Assembly (NCBI GenBank): GCA_030141605.1
Contig: JAQGDQ010000037.1
Coordinates: 62,001-126,000, forward strand
Direction of reading: 5' to 3'
From: Tubiluchus corallicola
Lineage: Eukaryota > Animalia > Priapulida
DNA length: 64,000 bases
The number at the start of each line of letters is the position of its first letter. The first letter of the stretch is position 1. Shown here piece after piece: positions 43,086-60,765 of this stretch. The notes beneath the pieces are model-generated. The model saw only the letters and a list, made by a program, of their open reading frames with translations. It was not told the origin of the DNA and ran no database searches. A program made the translations under genes and the position numbers.

Positions 43086-45344
43086 GGAAATTACGTATCA
43101 AGTCCTGTGTTGTAAATAATAAATAGCACCACAAATTTTCTAATAATCAAGTACAAATATGACAGTAGTGCACAAAATTCAGCTTTTATATGGAATTAAT
43201 GCAGAACTGATTGTAAATGGACCATTACAAGCTTTGTTCTGGATAACTGATAATACACGACATGTGCCAAGAGTGAATAGACTCTGACTTGGGTGGCTAC
43301 TGCTATTGGCTAAATAGTCGAACAAAACATTGAAGTGATTGTTTGTTCATAGCACGTAATGTTCAAAACTGGAGACTGTATAGTATAACAGAGAACATTT
43401 ATTTTCTCCAAAATAATTTATAGTAAGTGTTAGTTAAATGCTAGATAACTGCCATCATGGAGCAGGACCGGGAGGGACCAAAAGGTCATCTAATCTTCTA
43501 CCCTTTCGTATAGATAGGTTTGACAAAAAAAATAAATGGTGATGCTGCTGGTAACAAAATAAACTGAGTGAAAAAATAATAATACAGCAAACAGTAATAG
43601 TAATTGTCAATAAACTACAAAACAAAAAAAGTTAAAAATATAAATCTAAGCAAGAAGAACACAATTTGGGGGAGGGGGCAACAAAAGATTTGGAAACAAC
43701 ATAATTAACAAAAATTGATAAACAAGAAGTAAAACGTTGGCTCGAACTAATAATTGCAAGAAAAACAAAGGTAAATAATAACAATAATAATCAAACTAAC
43801 TCAATCAATAAATCAAGACAATAAACAGGACAACAAAAATATGTATGGCACTAGTTTTGGTAAAGAAAAGAAGATAAAAATAAGTCGTACTTAAAAAAAA
43901 TTTTCGACCGATGTAAAATAGCAACAGATAACAATTTTGTGTATGTAATACGTTTTATTTGATGGGGAATTTTTTGACAAAAAGTAAGTCGTTCAGTAAT
44001 TTGGATTACTATGAATAGTAGTTAGAAATGGCGTTTTATTAAAGTCAATAAGTGAATAAAATTAATATTAATGTATAAAGTAATCTAACGTAATTTAACG
44101 TAATCTAAAGTAATCTCAAGAGTTAACGACACGAATAGTGTAACGACATGACATGTTGTACAGACATGTAACACATGAACCAAAAAAGAGAAAAAACTCA
44201 TATTAAAGTTTTCAAACTTTTTAATATAGTCTTGTGTGAACTACTTGCTTTCTAAGTGTGATGACACTACAAGAAAGCAATACAGAAATATATAATTATA
44301 CAGTCCTGAAAACTCTTCGTGGAAAACAAAATCGGGAATGCTTTTTATTAAATTAAATATGTGAAATATCGAGTAGGGTCAAAAAACGGCTTGTATTTTG
44401 ATTATCTTCATTCAAATTAAATGGGTTGGTAAACTACAACGGAAGTTTAGACAGTTTACTAGAATAAATTAGGAAAACTGATCAACATAAAAATGACTGC
44501 CAACAGAAACTTTTGCGGGTAAATAACTAGCAGACACAAAATAAAAGTGGTGGTCACAGGAAAGAACAGTAATAGTAACTTTATCAGTCTCAGCCACGTA
44601 CGAATGTGAATACATCTTTCCTTAATGCTATAAGCAGACCCCCCCCTGAATCCAGCAGATACCCATTCATTCACTCACCAACCTTGTCATTGTTTAACTG
44701 GATAATTATTTACGATTTTAAGCAATAGACTTACCCACTTCATTATGGTAGAGTTATACTAGAATCGCTCATCCTATTCATCTTGTTACATACATCATGA
44801 AAATACTTTTGCAGAAGCCAATTTGGAAAGTAAATTGATTTCTCCATTAATCTGTGCGCTAATACCTATACACTAATTACTCATTCTTAACTTTTTCCAT
44901 TTAATTTTGCTTTAACTGATCGCATCAATAACTTTGCAAAATGCATGCAAAAAGTTTTTTGTTTAGGATTATGCATCCAGTGCTAACGATTTTTACATAA
45001 TTTCAAACAAGGTGGCTTACAAGATGATGAAAAAGAAAAGCATATTGACGTCAGAAAACACGCTGAAAAGACAAAAAAATCCCGTAATGACATTATCAAA
45101 GGGAATTCTAGAGCCAGGTGCAAAATTTTCCTCTAATCCATATAATAAAAAACAGTAATATTATCGCATAGCACTGCACGCATGTATACACAGTAATTAT
45201 TTGTGGTTTAATCTTAACTAACCGCTAGTCATTCTGTCATTTGATTGCAGCAATAAAATGCTTCTGATGTTAAGGACTTACGTATTGATATTATTTTTGT
45301 GTATTAAATTTCATTACATTGTCGCGATTTTTTCTGCAACAACA

Positions 45345-50622
<5,278 letters not shown>

Positions 50623-50880
50623 CATTGAAAAATTTACTTTCAAGAACGGCTGATTTATTTCTTACACATTTTTCTGCAAGACGTAAACGAACATTGTCTG
50701 CAATATATAAAGACTTTCTTCACATTGTTTTATATTATATGCAGCACGTAGTAACTGGATGATTTCAGAACAATGAAGCCGTGCAGGGAAGCCATCAGTA
50801 ACAATGGATACTAATACTCACAGATTGTACTCAGTTTTTGAATAAAAGTACGAAATAGATAATGGTATCGTGGCTAGAGA

Positions 50881-51381
50881 CGGCCAGGGCTAGGAAGTGC
50901 GCGGCTCAATTACGAATTAGGAAATCGTTAGTTTCTTTTTCATACCATAAATTCTTTTAAAATCATTACAAAGTCATGGTTTTTCTAATGTCGTTTTCTA
51001 TAGAGAGCATTGCTAAATTAATTAGTCTCTCCTGTGAAACAGTTGATCGTCGGTATTTTTAGTCTGTGTTCAGGGTTTGAATGTCGTCTTGAATATTAGT
51101 AAAATTAAATGGCCAAAGACGATCTAACTAACAATAGGTTCGCCAACAACTTTTTTACCGATAAACCGAAATTATAAAACAGACGATCAGCAAAAAACAC
51201 ACTGAAACATAGATATAGGAAGACAGACTGGAATGGATTCACTTCTTCACAGTATCAAGAAACTTCGTGCACACTAGACACAATTCATCATATCGTCCTC
51301 AGCTCGAGCATGTGCGCGAGGCCCCTCTTGGCGCAGGGTCCAATTTGAAGAAATCTGCCTAAATGGCTTAAAACTGCCCTG
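50881..51381. mobile_element. hAT-like non-autonomous insertion, ~500 bp, downstream of GPCR copy 2
   Basis: Flanked by GCTAGAGA (50873-50880) and GCTAGAAA (51382-51389), with right end ...aaaactgccctg. The paralogous position after copy 3 (~59660) has a single GCTAGAGA and no insert. Confidence 0.75.
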
Positions 51382-52424
51382 GCTAGAAATTTTTTATAAA
51401 TATTTCGAAATTACAACTTTTTAGCGGATATATTGCCCAGTGACTGTGTACCAAAAATGAATATTTCAAGTCAAAGTTGTTTTTGATAGTGATATTAAGC
51501 CAAATATTCATGTATTTTCAAATCCAATTCAGTTACTAGTAGGAGGGGGAAGATAACAAGTAACCTAGATCAAATTGCAATGGAACTTTTCTCTTCACAT
51601 TCTGTTAGATACAATTAGAACATGATTTCAGGTACCCTCAACAAAAAAATTGGCCAAAATCGGCTTTGGTACTTTTGCAATATACGCATAAATCCAAGAT
51701 AGCACTTACCGGGGCCAAAAACCAGTTATATCTCCTAGACCATCGAGCTGAGATGAAAAATATGTATTATCGACGATGGGAAGTGCACCCAAGATTCCAA
51801 AAATGAGGTCGGATATCATCTTTTATGGTAGCGATACTAACTATGACTTATTTTCCAGTTTTTTAACATACACCATGAAAATATTTTTACAGAACCCAAT
51901 TTGGAAAGGTAAATTGATTTTAATCCGTATGTTTGTAGCTATACACTAATTTATTGTTCTTAACTTTTTTCCTTTTAGTTCTATTTTAATTGATCGCATC
52001 AGCAAAACTTTGCAAAAATGCACGTAAAAGCTTTTTGTTTAGATTATGCATCCAGTGCTAACGATTTCTACATAATTTCAATCATTGAGGCTTACAAGAT
52101 GATTAAAAAAAGCGTATTGACGTCAGAAAGCATGCTAGAAAGACAAAAATCCCCCGAAGACATTATCAAAGGAGATTCTAGAGCCAAGCTCAAAATTTCC
52201 TTCGAATCCATATCGTAAAACAGTGATGTTATCACATAGCATAGTACGCATGCATAGTGCAGAGCAATTATTTGCACTGCTTTAATTTTAACTATATGCT
52301 AACTATTAGTTATTCTGTCGTTTGACTGTAGCAATAAAATGTTTCTGATATTAAGGACTTATGTATTGATATTATTTTTGTGAATTAAATTTCTTTCTAT
52401 TGTCGCGGTTTTGATGCAACAACA

Positions 52425-55400
52425 ATGTCTGCTGACGATGATAGTACTCTTGTAGTAGTCAACAATGGAACCGAAACAGAGAATTTTGCACAGATTTTCT
52501 CTTTGGGCAATATGTTGTACTTGTTAACACAAGCTGCTGCTGCAGGTAAACTATTCATTTGAACAGGTGTGTGAATTCAATACAGTACACATGTAAATCC
52601 ATTGTAGTCCTAATTATGTGGTAGAATTTGCATAGGTAACTTCTTAATTCCCAGTCATCGGCTAAGCTTTGCCAAGATAATTTTTTAGATGATATGCCAG
52701 ATTTGAACTATCTATAATATGGTGAACTATGTAGTAAGATTCTGGCATTTGGTGTGATCTGCATTAGTTAAACTTATTAGGACCTTTTATTTTATACCCT
52801 CCCTTTTGAAATTGCCAAAATTTAACATATACATATTGCTAGATTTTTGTTGCTGAACACATAAAATGTGGGAAATTTTTAACAGAAAAAAACAACTAGC
52901 TATAGTAACACAAACTATGTTCATCTTAGAAAAAAGGCAAAAACATGAACACTATTGACTAATGACTAAAACACTTTGAATTTGTTGCATATAATAGGTG
53001 TTGGTATTATTGGAAATATTTTGGTGATTTGGGCTGTATGGATAACAAAGTCTCTTCGTACATCTGCAAATGTATTCGTTTGTAATTTAGCCATTGCAGA
53101 TTTTCTCGTCACCGGCTTCATTGGAACTCTAGCAATGATAGGTAAGTTATGGTGATTATAAATTCTCAAAAAAAGACTAACAGCCAGATACTGCGAAAAA
53201 TTTAGCTATTTTAGTTGTAGCCCATACTTTTACGGCTCTGCCAAGGCTCAAACGATTCGCAATGGATCATCATGGAACCCAGTGGAATATACTAGAACGA
53301 ATTCCGCACCAATTGACAGGTTAGTTTTTCGATTTGCCATCTTAAATTTAAGATGTTGACATGAACGCCATTTCTAATTCACAATGTTAAGTTTAAGGAG
53401 TCCCTCAACCGATAGTCCGAGTCGAACTTATTCTCGTCATCACCTCATTATGTTAAACATCCAGTTTTCTACTTTTTAATGCATGTTAATTCGCAAAGCA
53501 GACGGCTATAAACACTAAACTTACAAGGTACAGCCTTGAGAGTGGCGTGGTGAACACTGAATAGTGACCCCGGCCAAAGGGTCAACGACGCTGGACATAG
53601 GTCAGTTTTTCGGTTGCCATTCAACTACTCCTGTGGCTCTCATTCATTAATTTTTTTTCATTAAGTATTTACGCATTGTATTGCACATGTACTTGCGCAT
53701 TTAAAAAGTCGGAATTCTTTAACGACAGAGATAGGAACCACAATACATAACATTGGGTAACTGTGGTGACTAGAATCACGGAACTTGCACACTCCTGGGT
53801 TATGGGTTCGGGCAATGGTATAATTAAATATGCTGCAATTGGTCAAGGGCTCGAGACTGAAGCCAAAATATGAAAATTAGGGCTTACAGTTTTAATTCAT
53901 GTTAACTCGCAAACGAAGAGGGTATAGCAAGGCATTTGTAGGGCAGACACTTGTGTGTGTGTGGGGGGGGGGGGGGTAAGGCCGTGAAGATGGTATTGCA
54001 AATGATGACTCCGGTTGAAGGGTCCCTGGACATCAGTAATTTTATTTTATTGTCATTCATTTTCTAAGGCTTTGAGTCGAATTCATTTTTTTCATAAGTA
54101 TTGTCAATTAGATGTGTGCTTGACTGCTTGCCATGCCTTTTAAAAAGTTGGGATTGATTTAAAGACCTCCGACAATATATGATTAAAAAACTTGGAATTG
54201 TTTAGAGCCCGAGATAGTAACCAAAATGGGAAAATTAGAGCATTCAGTTTTAATCCATATCAACTCGCAAAGTTTTATAGTCGGGGTAAATATCTGTGGC
54301 TGTGGTATACAACCTTAAAATGAGACCGGAGGCTTTTGTAGGGGCCTGGAAAATGGTATGGTAGTGCAGTGACCTTATTCAAATGGTCAAGGACACTGGA
54401 CATCAGTCAGTTTTGTTTTATTGTTTTCCATACCGTCTAGGCCTTTGCGATCAATTCAGTTTTGTTTTTCATAAATTTTAGGTGTTGTGGAATAATAATG
54501 TGCAACCAAACTCGACCACGTATAATCAGGTATAAACACTGTCACAGCGTTATGCTCACGAACATGGATCTGAATTCTTTCAGTCTTGTTTATCAATGAA
54601 CACATATCTTGTTATTGTCAGCACAAAAGCATAGGACGTAGAAGAAAAGAGGCTCTCTGCGAGGTCTGAGGTTGGTTGTGGATACATGGTTGTGGTACCT
54701 ATTTTCGTTGCATCGGCTATAAAAAAAGATAAAGAGGGCAGGTGGTTGGCCCATCACTTTCTTTCGGTTGAGTAGACCTTTGAGTGAAACACGTATAATT
54801 AAAAAATACTGGCGAGTGGGATTCGAAAGAATCGGGAGCCAAGCGTCGTACGACTAGATCAATGCACTCATATAGGATGTAGACGAATAATCCTCTATTG
54901 AGTGACTTTGTATTAGTTTTAATTACTGCGGATGAGATAACGTCATCTTCAGTATGGCACAACGTTAAGAATATTACAGAACTGGCGAAGTGTTTTCTCG
55001 TTACAACTGGCAGTTTAGTCACTGCTTAGTACTTTAATTAGTAGTTGCTAGAACTTTTAGCATTAATTGCAAAAGAAGACCTGGTAAAATTATTATCAAA
55101 ATTTTACTAGTTCCTGTAGCTGACACTTTAAAAGTAGCTTCTAGAACTAAAACTCTTTAGTTTTATCTAAAGTCATACTTGAATTTGATTATGACATGGT
55201 ATATAAATTTCAATTATTTATAATTGAAAAAAGTCTAACAGTTTTTGCATACTGATGTAATAATAACAATGATTATAGTTATATGTTATACATTATATAT
55301 ATATATTTAAAGGCTTGCTGGGTGTCTTCGTTATTTTGAAACGTCTGAAGCAATTAATATCCATGTTCTAGACAGTCTATTGAGTTCCAGTTGATAAAAG

Positions 55401-58400
55401 TGACATGAACGAAGCAAATCCGTTCATTTTATGAAAGCATTGTCCCTAGATTTTACATTTTACAGGTTATGTGCGACCACAGCTTATCTTGGACAGACAC
55501 GCTGCATTATGTTTAATAGCTGGTTCTGCTTGCTACATTGTATGTGCCACTTCACTTTTTACATTGACTGTCATTGCATTAAATCGTATGACAGCTGTTG
55601 TGCATTCACACATTTACAAGTAAGTACATCATTTAACCTTACGGAAATGTACTATGTTTCATAGTTAGAATGGTTACATCTCTGGCCTGGCATTGGTTGT
55701 TTCCCTCTTCTTTTTTCGAAACCTCGCTGGCTCATGTCATTTTGTTAATTTGACTGTACTGAAAATGTCTAGTTTAGCTTTGCAGTCATGTACAAAAATA
55801 CACTGTGTTCAAGAGTGAGGCACTACCATGAGCGATTACCATACATCCATGGAATGACGGAACATACAAGAAGAAATACAGCAAGTTTCATGTGTGCGAA
55901 GCGGTTTCATGTGTATTTCATACTTTATTTTTTATGTAACAGTTTAGGCCACAGAGCTGCACAAAACGAGTAAAATGTAGTTGCTTTCCAAAGATATTTT
56001 ACGTTACCGTAATTTTTGGGTATTTGATTTTAAAATTGGTTTGAGAATCACCTTCTTTTCGCACAGCATTGTATTGAAACTCTTTTTTGAAAATGACTAT
56101 CAATGGAGATCACACTAATTTGCCTATTATGAGTCAGGCTTAGAAGCCTGTTATCGTTTTTGCGTATTAATTAAGTTCATCTAATTAGTTAACTAATGCA
56201 AATGTAATATCTTTATGCAGTCTTTCTTTGTCTGAAATAGATCTGTATTGTATTAAATGAGCTTACTAGTAACTGAACAAGCGTTTTTATTAGGAAAATT
56301 TTCACCACAAGAAAGTGCATCATAATGAGTATTTCCACTTGGTTGATAGCGCTGTCCAGCAATATTGCAAATCTTGTGGTACAGGATGGAATTCGATTTG
56401 AAACCAGAGTAAAATTATGCACCTTTAACTGGAATGCGGTAAACATGAACACTAGAATTTTTTATTATCCCGTAAACTACTTGTGACGTGTTAGTTTTGC
56501 TGCTTGTGCTACTTCAATAGTACTACTGCTTTAATAATATGGCGTGTTAATAAAACGTGTTTTGTAATACAGAATAGATACGATCAGTGTGCTAGTACAT
56601 TTAATTAGTATAATTAAATCCCGATAATGGATGATGTTGGCATACTGTCATAAACTTTTAGACGTAGGCTTTTTATTAGTAGCTAAATTTAAATGATGAC
56701 TATAAGTTTATTGTTAGTGTAACTGAATATATGCTATACCTATGTCAGCCTCTTTTTTAAATGAGGTCAGAGTGTACGGCTGCAGAAGCTTTGGCCCTCA
56801 CCTCAAAATGGGGAGCTTGCGTTTCCTACCATTTCTGCAGGATTATTAAAGCTGTACCATTTAAGACGGATAGGTGATCTGTGTGCCTGATTAAGATATC
56901 TAGGTTACTATTTACTGAAGGGGGGGGGGGTAATTTGGCTAGTTTTCCATTTTTAGAATGCAAGCGATGGATCTTGAAACAAAGCAAAAGTTAAGACATT
57001 AGATGTTTGATGATACTTTAACAGTATTCAGTGTGCTTCTGTTGGTGCTTGATGAAGGCTTTTAAAATCAAATGATGACATTTCTATGAACATGTGTTTT
57101 ATACAGGACTGGACACTGACTGTGTCCGTTGCAGTTGGTCTCGTCGTAGTACCAGCACTCATTATTACACTTAGCTACATTCACATCTTTTGGCATGTCT
57201 ATAAAAGCAAACGAAAGGTAGGCTTATTAAATATTTTACCTGTTATTTGTGAGAAATTGAGACTTGCTCTGGTTTACCCTGATTTGGCATATAAAAACTA
57301 TGCACTCGAAAACAGTTGCTATTTTGCATGTTTAGTTCTCTATTTTGCATGTTTAAAGTAAATAAATTATCACCAAATCCAAGCAAAACAAAATTTAATT
57401 TAAATCAAGAAATAAAACTGTTGCTACAGACATAGCTCTAAAAATAAACAATGTTCCAATAACGAATGTAAAACGTTTAAAATTCCGTAGTATATCTCTA
57501 AACGAGCACCTTGATTGGAGAAGCCATGCGTTTAAAGCTCAAAAAATCATAGGAATTATGAGTCACATTAAAAACTATATTACGGCAACTTGTCCTTGTA
57601 ACCTCGTACAATAGTCTTATTTTAGCTTATCTCAGTTATTGTAACGTAATGTGGGATCACACATACACCACTAATACAGAAAGTTTATGAGACATTTGTA
57701 CAATTTGCACAAATACGACTCACAAAGACGAAAAATACTAACAGTAGCTGGTCTAGTAAAATTTAAACTGATAATTTGTATGTATAATGCCAAGCATTTT
57801 CTATACCCCAACTTTTTCAAAAATCCAGTAAAAAGAATAGCAACTTTCATAACACCAGATACAAAGAATACTGCGTAATTTGTCGTAGAATGGTTGAAAA
57901 ACAATAATCCTTTGTTACAGTTCCAGCGATTGATGATAATCGTGAAATGGTCAAAGGTTAAGTGTACCAGGTAACACATTTGTGTACGCTTCACAGCCCT
58001 TGCTATTTTAACAATAACCTACCTATTGCTAGCTAGAACCTTACCTAGTTCATTTTTTCTCGTTCCCAAGCAAGATCCTGCTAGTAAATCACTCTACGCA
58101 CAGACTAATGCATAATTCAGTAAATTCCACCAAAACAACTGAAGTTGTTAAACTGACGCGGCAAACGTCTTTGCTTTACCCACACATTACGTGACGGTTG
58201 TAGTTAAGACACGTTGCTGTGGTACACTTAACCTTTGACCTACAACAACTGCGCGTGCGCGCAACACAAAACTGTGAAAAGGCTTATTCGTCAAGGATAC
58301 TGGCCCAGCTGTTTGGAATGGAATTCCAACAGAAGTTAGACAAGCTCAGTCTCTCAATAGTTTCAAAGCAAATTCAAATACTATTTATTTTCGTAATACT

Positions 58401-59434
58401 AATGTCAAACGATACGTTATAAAGCATTTTACTAGCAAGCTACACAGTGTCAGCATTCTAACGAGACAAAATTCCAAAAAAAAGATTATCAGCACAAAAT
58501 TATCATACGATTTAATTTACTCTTGTACACCTTTATAGAGAATAGTTTTAGTTCTACTAACCCATTGTACCAGTTTTCCCCTGCATCTTCCCTCTAATCA
58601 TTAACATTTTTGGTCTTTTGTGTGCTTAACCGTTTCCGCTCCTCTGTCAGAATGCACAAGGTCCTCTTCAATTCTGGCAGCCAAATGAAGTATTATTTAT
58701 TTTGCGTGTTATTGTGCAGAATTTGAGTGTTTCTTTGGATGAATTTCGTAATAGTATTTTGCTTGTTGTGGAAAATAAATATTACAGTATGTTACAGTAA
58801 AATAACCACAGAAATAGTGCACTCCTGTGACATTCCAGATGGAGCCAGGACTTTACACCACATGAAGCCCATTTCTTACTATTATTTTTTTCAGTTCAAG
58901 GCAACTAATATTTTGGAAAACGACTTTTGAGTTGTTTCTTAAGAACTATTACAAAGGTCTGGATGAGTATCCTTTCTAATATCGGTCTTTACTAAATATA
59001 TCACTATTAATCTATTATGCATTAAAAAATAAACTGAAATTACTAAAAAGTAAATAAAAAGATCTTTTGTTTAACAGGTTACTGGACATAGTGGCACAAA
59101 CAAGCAAGGAAAAACGAAATCAGCTTTTGCTCTGGCGAAAACTCTTTTCATAATAACAGTGGTATTTGTCATTTCATGGACGCCATTTATGATCGTGATG
59201 CTGACTGACCACAACGATTGGCTTCCCGCTTACTTGGTGACCCTGGCTGTATTTATGGCTCATGTTAATTCTACTGTGAATCCGATAATATACGGCGCAA
59301 CCAACATGACTTATCGTGCTGCTTATAAACGAATTCTATTTATAAAATTTAGAAACAATATTGAAACTTTAATGATGAGTGCATCTGGCAATGGGACAGC
59401 TCAGACACAACAAAAAAATCTCAGTCATATGTAG
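52425..59434 (+). CDS. Class A orphan GPCR, melatonin-receptor-like, tandem copy 3; exons 52425-52545, 52998-53141, 55466-55619, 56294-56438, 57107-57217, 59078-59434, 343 aa
   Basis: MSADDDSTLVVVNNGTETENF.., GNILVI, NLAIAD, IALNRMTAVVHS, KLCTFNW, FVISWTP, HVNSTVNPIIYG; GT-AG introns, same phases as the other copies, open ORF. Confidence 0.92.
53460..54480. repeat. Degenerate tandem repeat, ~360-420-bp units, ~3 copies, in GPCR copy 3 intron 2
   Basis: ttttaat.cat.t.aa.tcgcaaa recurs at ~53475, ~53890 and ~54249; ctggacat.gt.a.tttt recurs at ~53591, ~54025 and ~54396. Confidence 0.65.
54645..54869 (-). mobile_element. tRNA-derived SINE (copy B)
   Basis: Minus strand reads tgatctagtcgtacgacgctt...ttcgaatcccactc...ctcaaccgaaag..gtgatgggccaaccacctgccctcttta, homologous to 46428-46652. 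Confidence 0.75.
57465..58425 (+). mobile_element. Degenerate L2/CR1-group LINE ORF2 3' fragment in GPCR copy 3 intron 5, interrupted by a MITE
   Basis: VKF...LNEHLDWRSH, IIGIMSHIK, YNSLILAYLSYCNVMW, then after the insert GPAVWNGIPTEVRQAQSLNSFK (the L2/CR1 terminal WN.LP...SL..FK motif); absent from the paralogous intron of copy 2. Confidence 0.7.
57949..58240. mobile_element. MITE, 292 bp, nested in the LINE fragment
   Basis: Perfect 21-bp TIRs GGTCAAAGGTTAAGTGTACCA (57949-57969) and TGGTACACTTAACCTTTGACC (58220-58240); no clear TSD. Confidence 0.78.
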
Positions 59435-60765
59435 CATTGAAAAATTTACTTTCAAGAACTGTCTGCAAAAAGTGAAAGAATATTGTCAGCATTGTATAGC
59501 GACTTTCTTCACATTATTTTATTGCATTCAGTATGTGGTAACTGGATGATTTCAGAATAATTAAGCCATGCAGAGAAATCAACAGTAATAATGGATGCTA
59601 ATCCTCACAGAATGTAGTCAGATTTTGAATAAAAGCACGAAACAGATAATGGTATCATGGCTAGAGATAAGATTTTCTTATAAATATTTCAAAATTACAA
59701 GTTTCCGACGAATATATTGGCCGTGGGAAAGATGGACGGTGTATCAAAAATGAATATTTCAAATCAGAGTTGTTTTTGATAATGATATGAAGTAAAATAT
59801 TCATGTGTTTTCATATCCAATTCAGTTACTACTGAAATAACGTTAGTTAATTCTGTCAACAAAGCAGCAGACAACCATGAACCATAAAAACCAGAAGTAT
59901 AAAAAAAGAAGCCAGTTTCCATTGGCTTTTCTTTTAATTATAAGCCCATGTTAATTGGCAGAACGGCCCAAACCCTTATGGTTGTTCGTTTAAATGACTT
60001 CTGTTCATATTTGTCACAGTTATATTGCGACTATTACAGCTAAACGTCGGCTCTGCTTAATTTATTGTACAAGGGTTATATTCTCTCTCGCAAACTAATG
60101 AAAAGTTGAGCATTTTTCATAAGAATATAATATATACCGACAATACGTAGTTATAGCTCATGTCCTGATTATCCCGAAAGACAAGGTAATGAACAGGTTC
60201 TGTGGGCGTGTGAAAAATTTGCACGCTGATTGGACAGCCAGCAGAGCTTGACTGAGAATGACTGACATTTTGTTTGACGTAATTAATGTAGCACGTCTAG
60301 CAGTCCTATGGCTGCCTTTGAAATATGGTCCTTTGTGCAGGGTCACTCTTTGTCTAGTGGTTATCTCTCATTCTCTTTCTTCCCACTCTCTCTCTTTCTC
60401 TCCTTCTTTTCCGCACTGTTTTTTGCCAACCTGTAAGAAATTTTTTCTTATTCTTGTTTATTTGTTTTTTTTGCCAACCTGTACATTTTTTGTTACCACT
60501 TATTAGTAGTTTTAATATATTATAGCATTACAATAATTGCCAATTTTGCGAAAGCAACATAATAATATAACTGCAGTACAAACAATATTAGACCACTACA
60601 TCACAGGACGAGTGCTCTACACACAACAACCAAGTCATCAGTATATATGAAGCGTGCACAGTTAAGATTTAGAAATGATCTTGGTTTCGTTTCAAATAAC
60701 AAAAAGCGTTTTGTTCGAGGCAAAGTCCATTGAATTCAGCAATTCATTGAATTTAGTGTCCTAAA

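Noticed and set aside
44966-45150. Conserved exon-like block upstream of GPCR copies 2 and 3 (also ~52040-52220)
   Set aside because: The reading frame is not conserved between the two copies (indels), so the similarity is explained by the segmental duplication. It could at most be UTR or promoter sequence.
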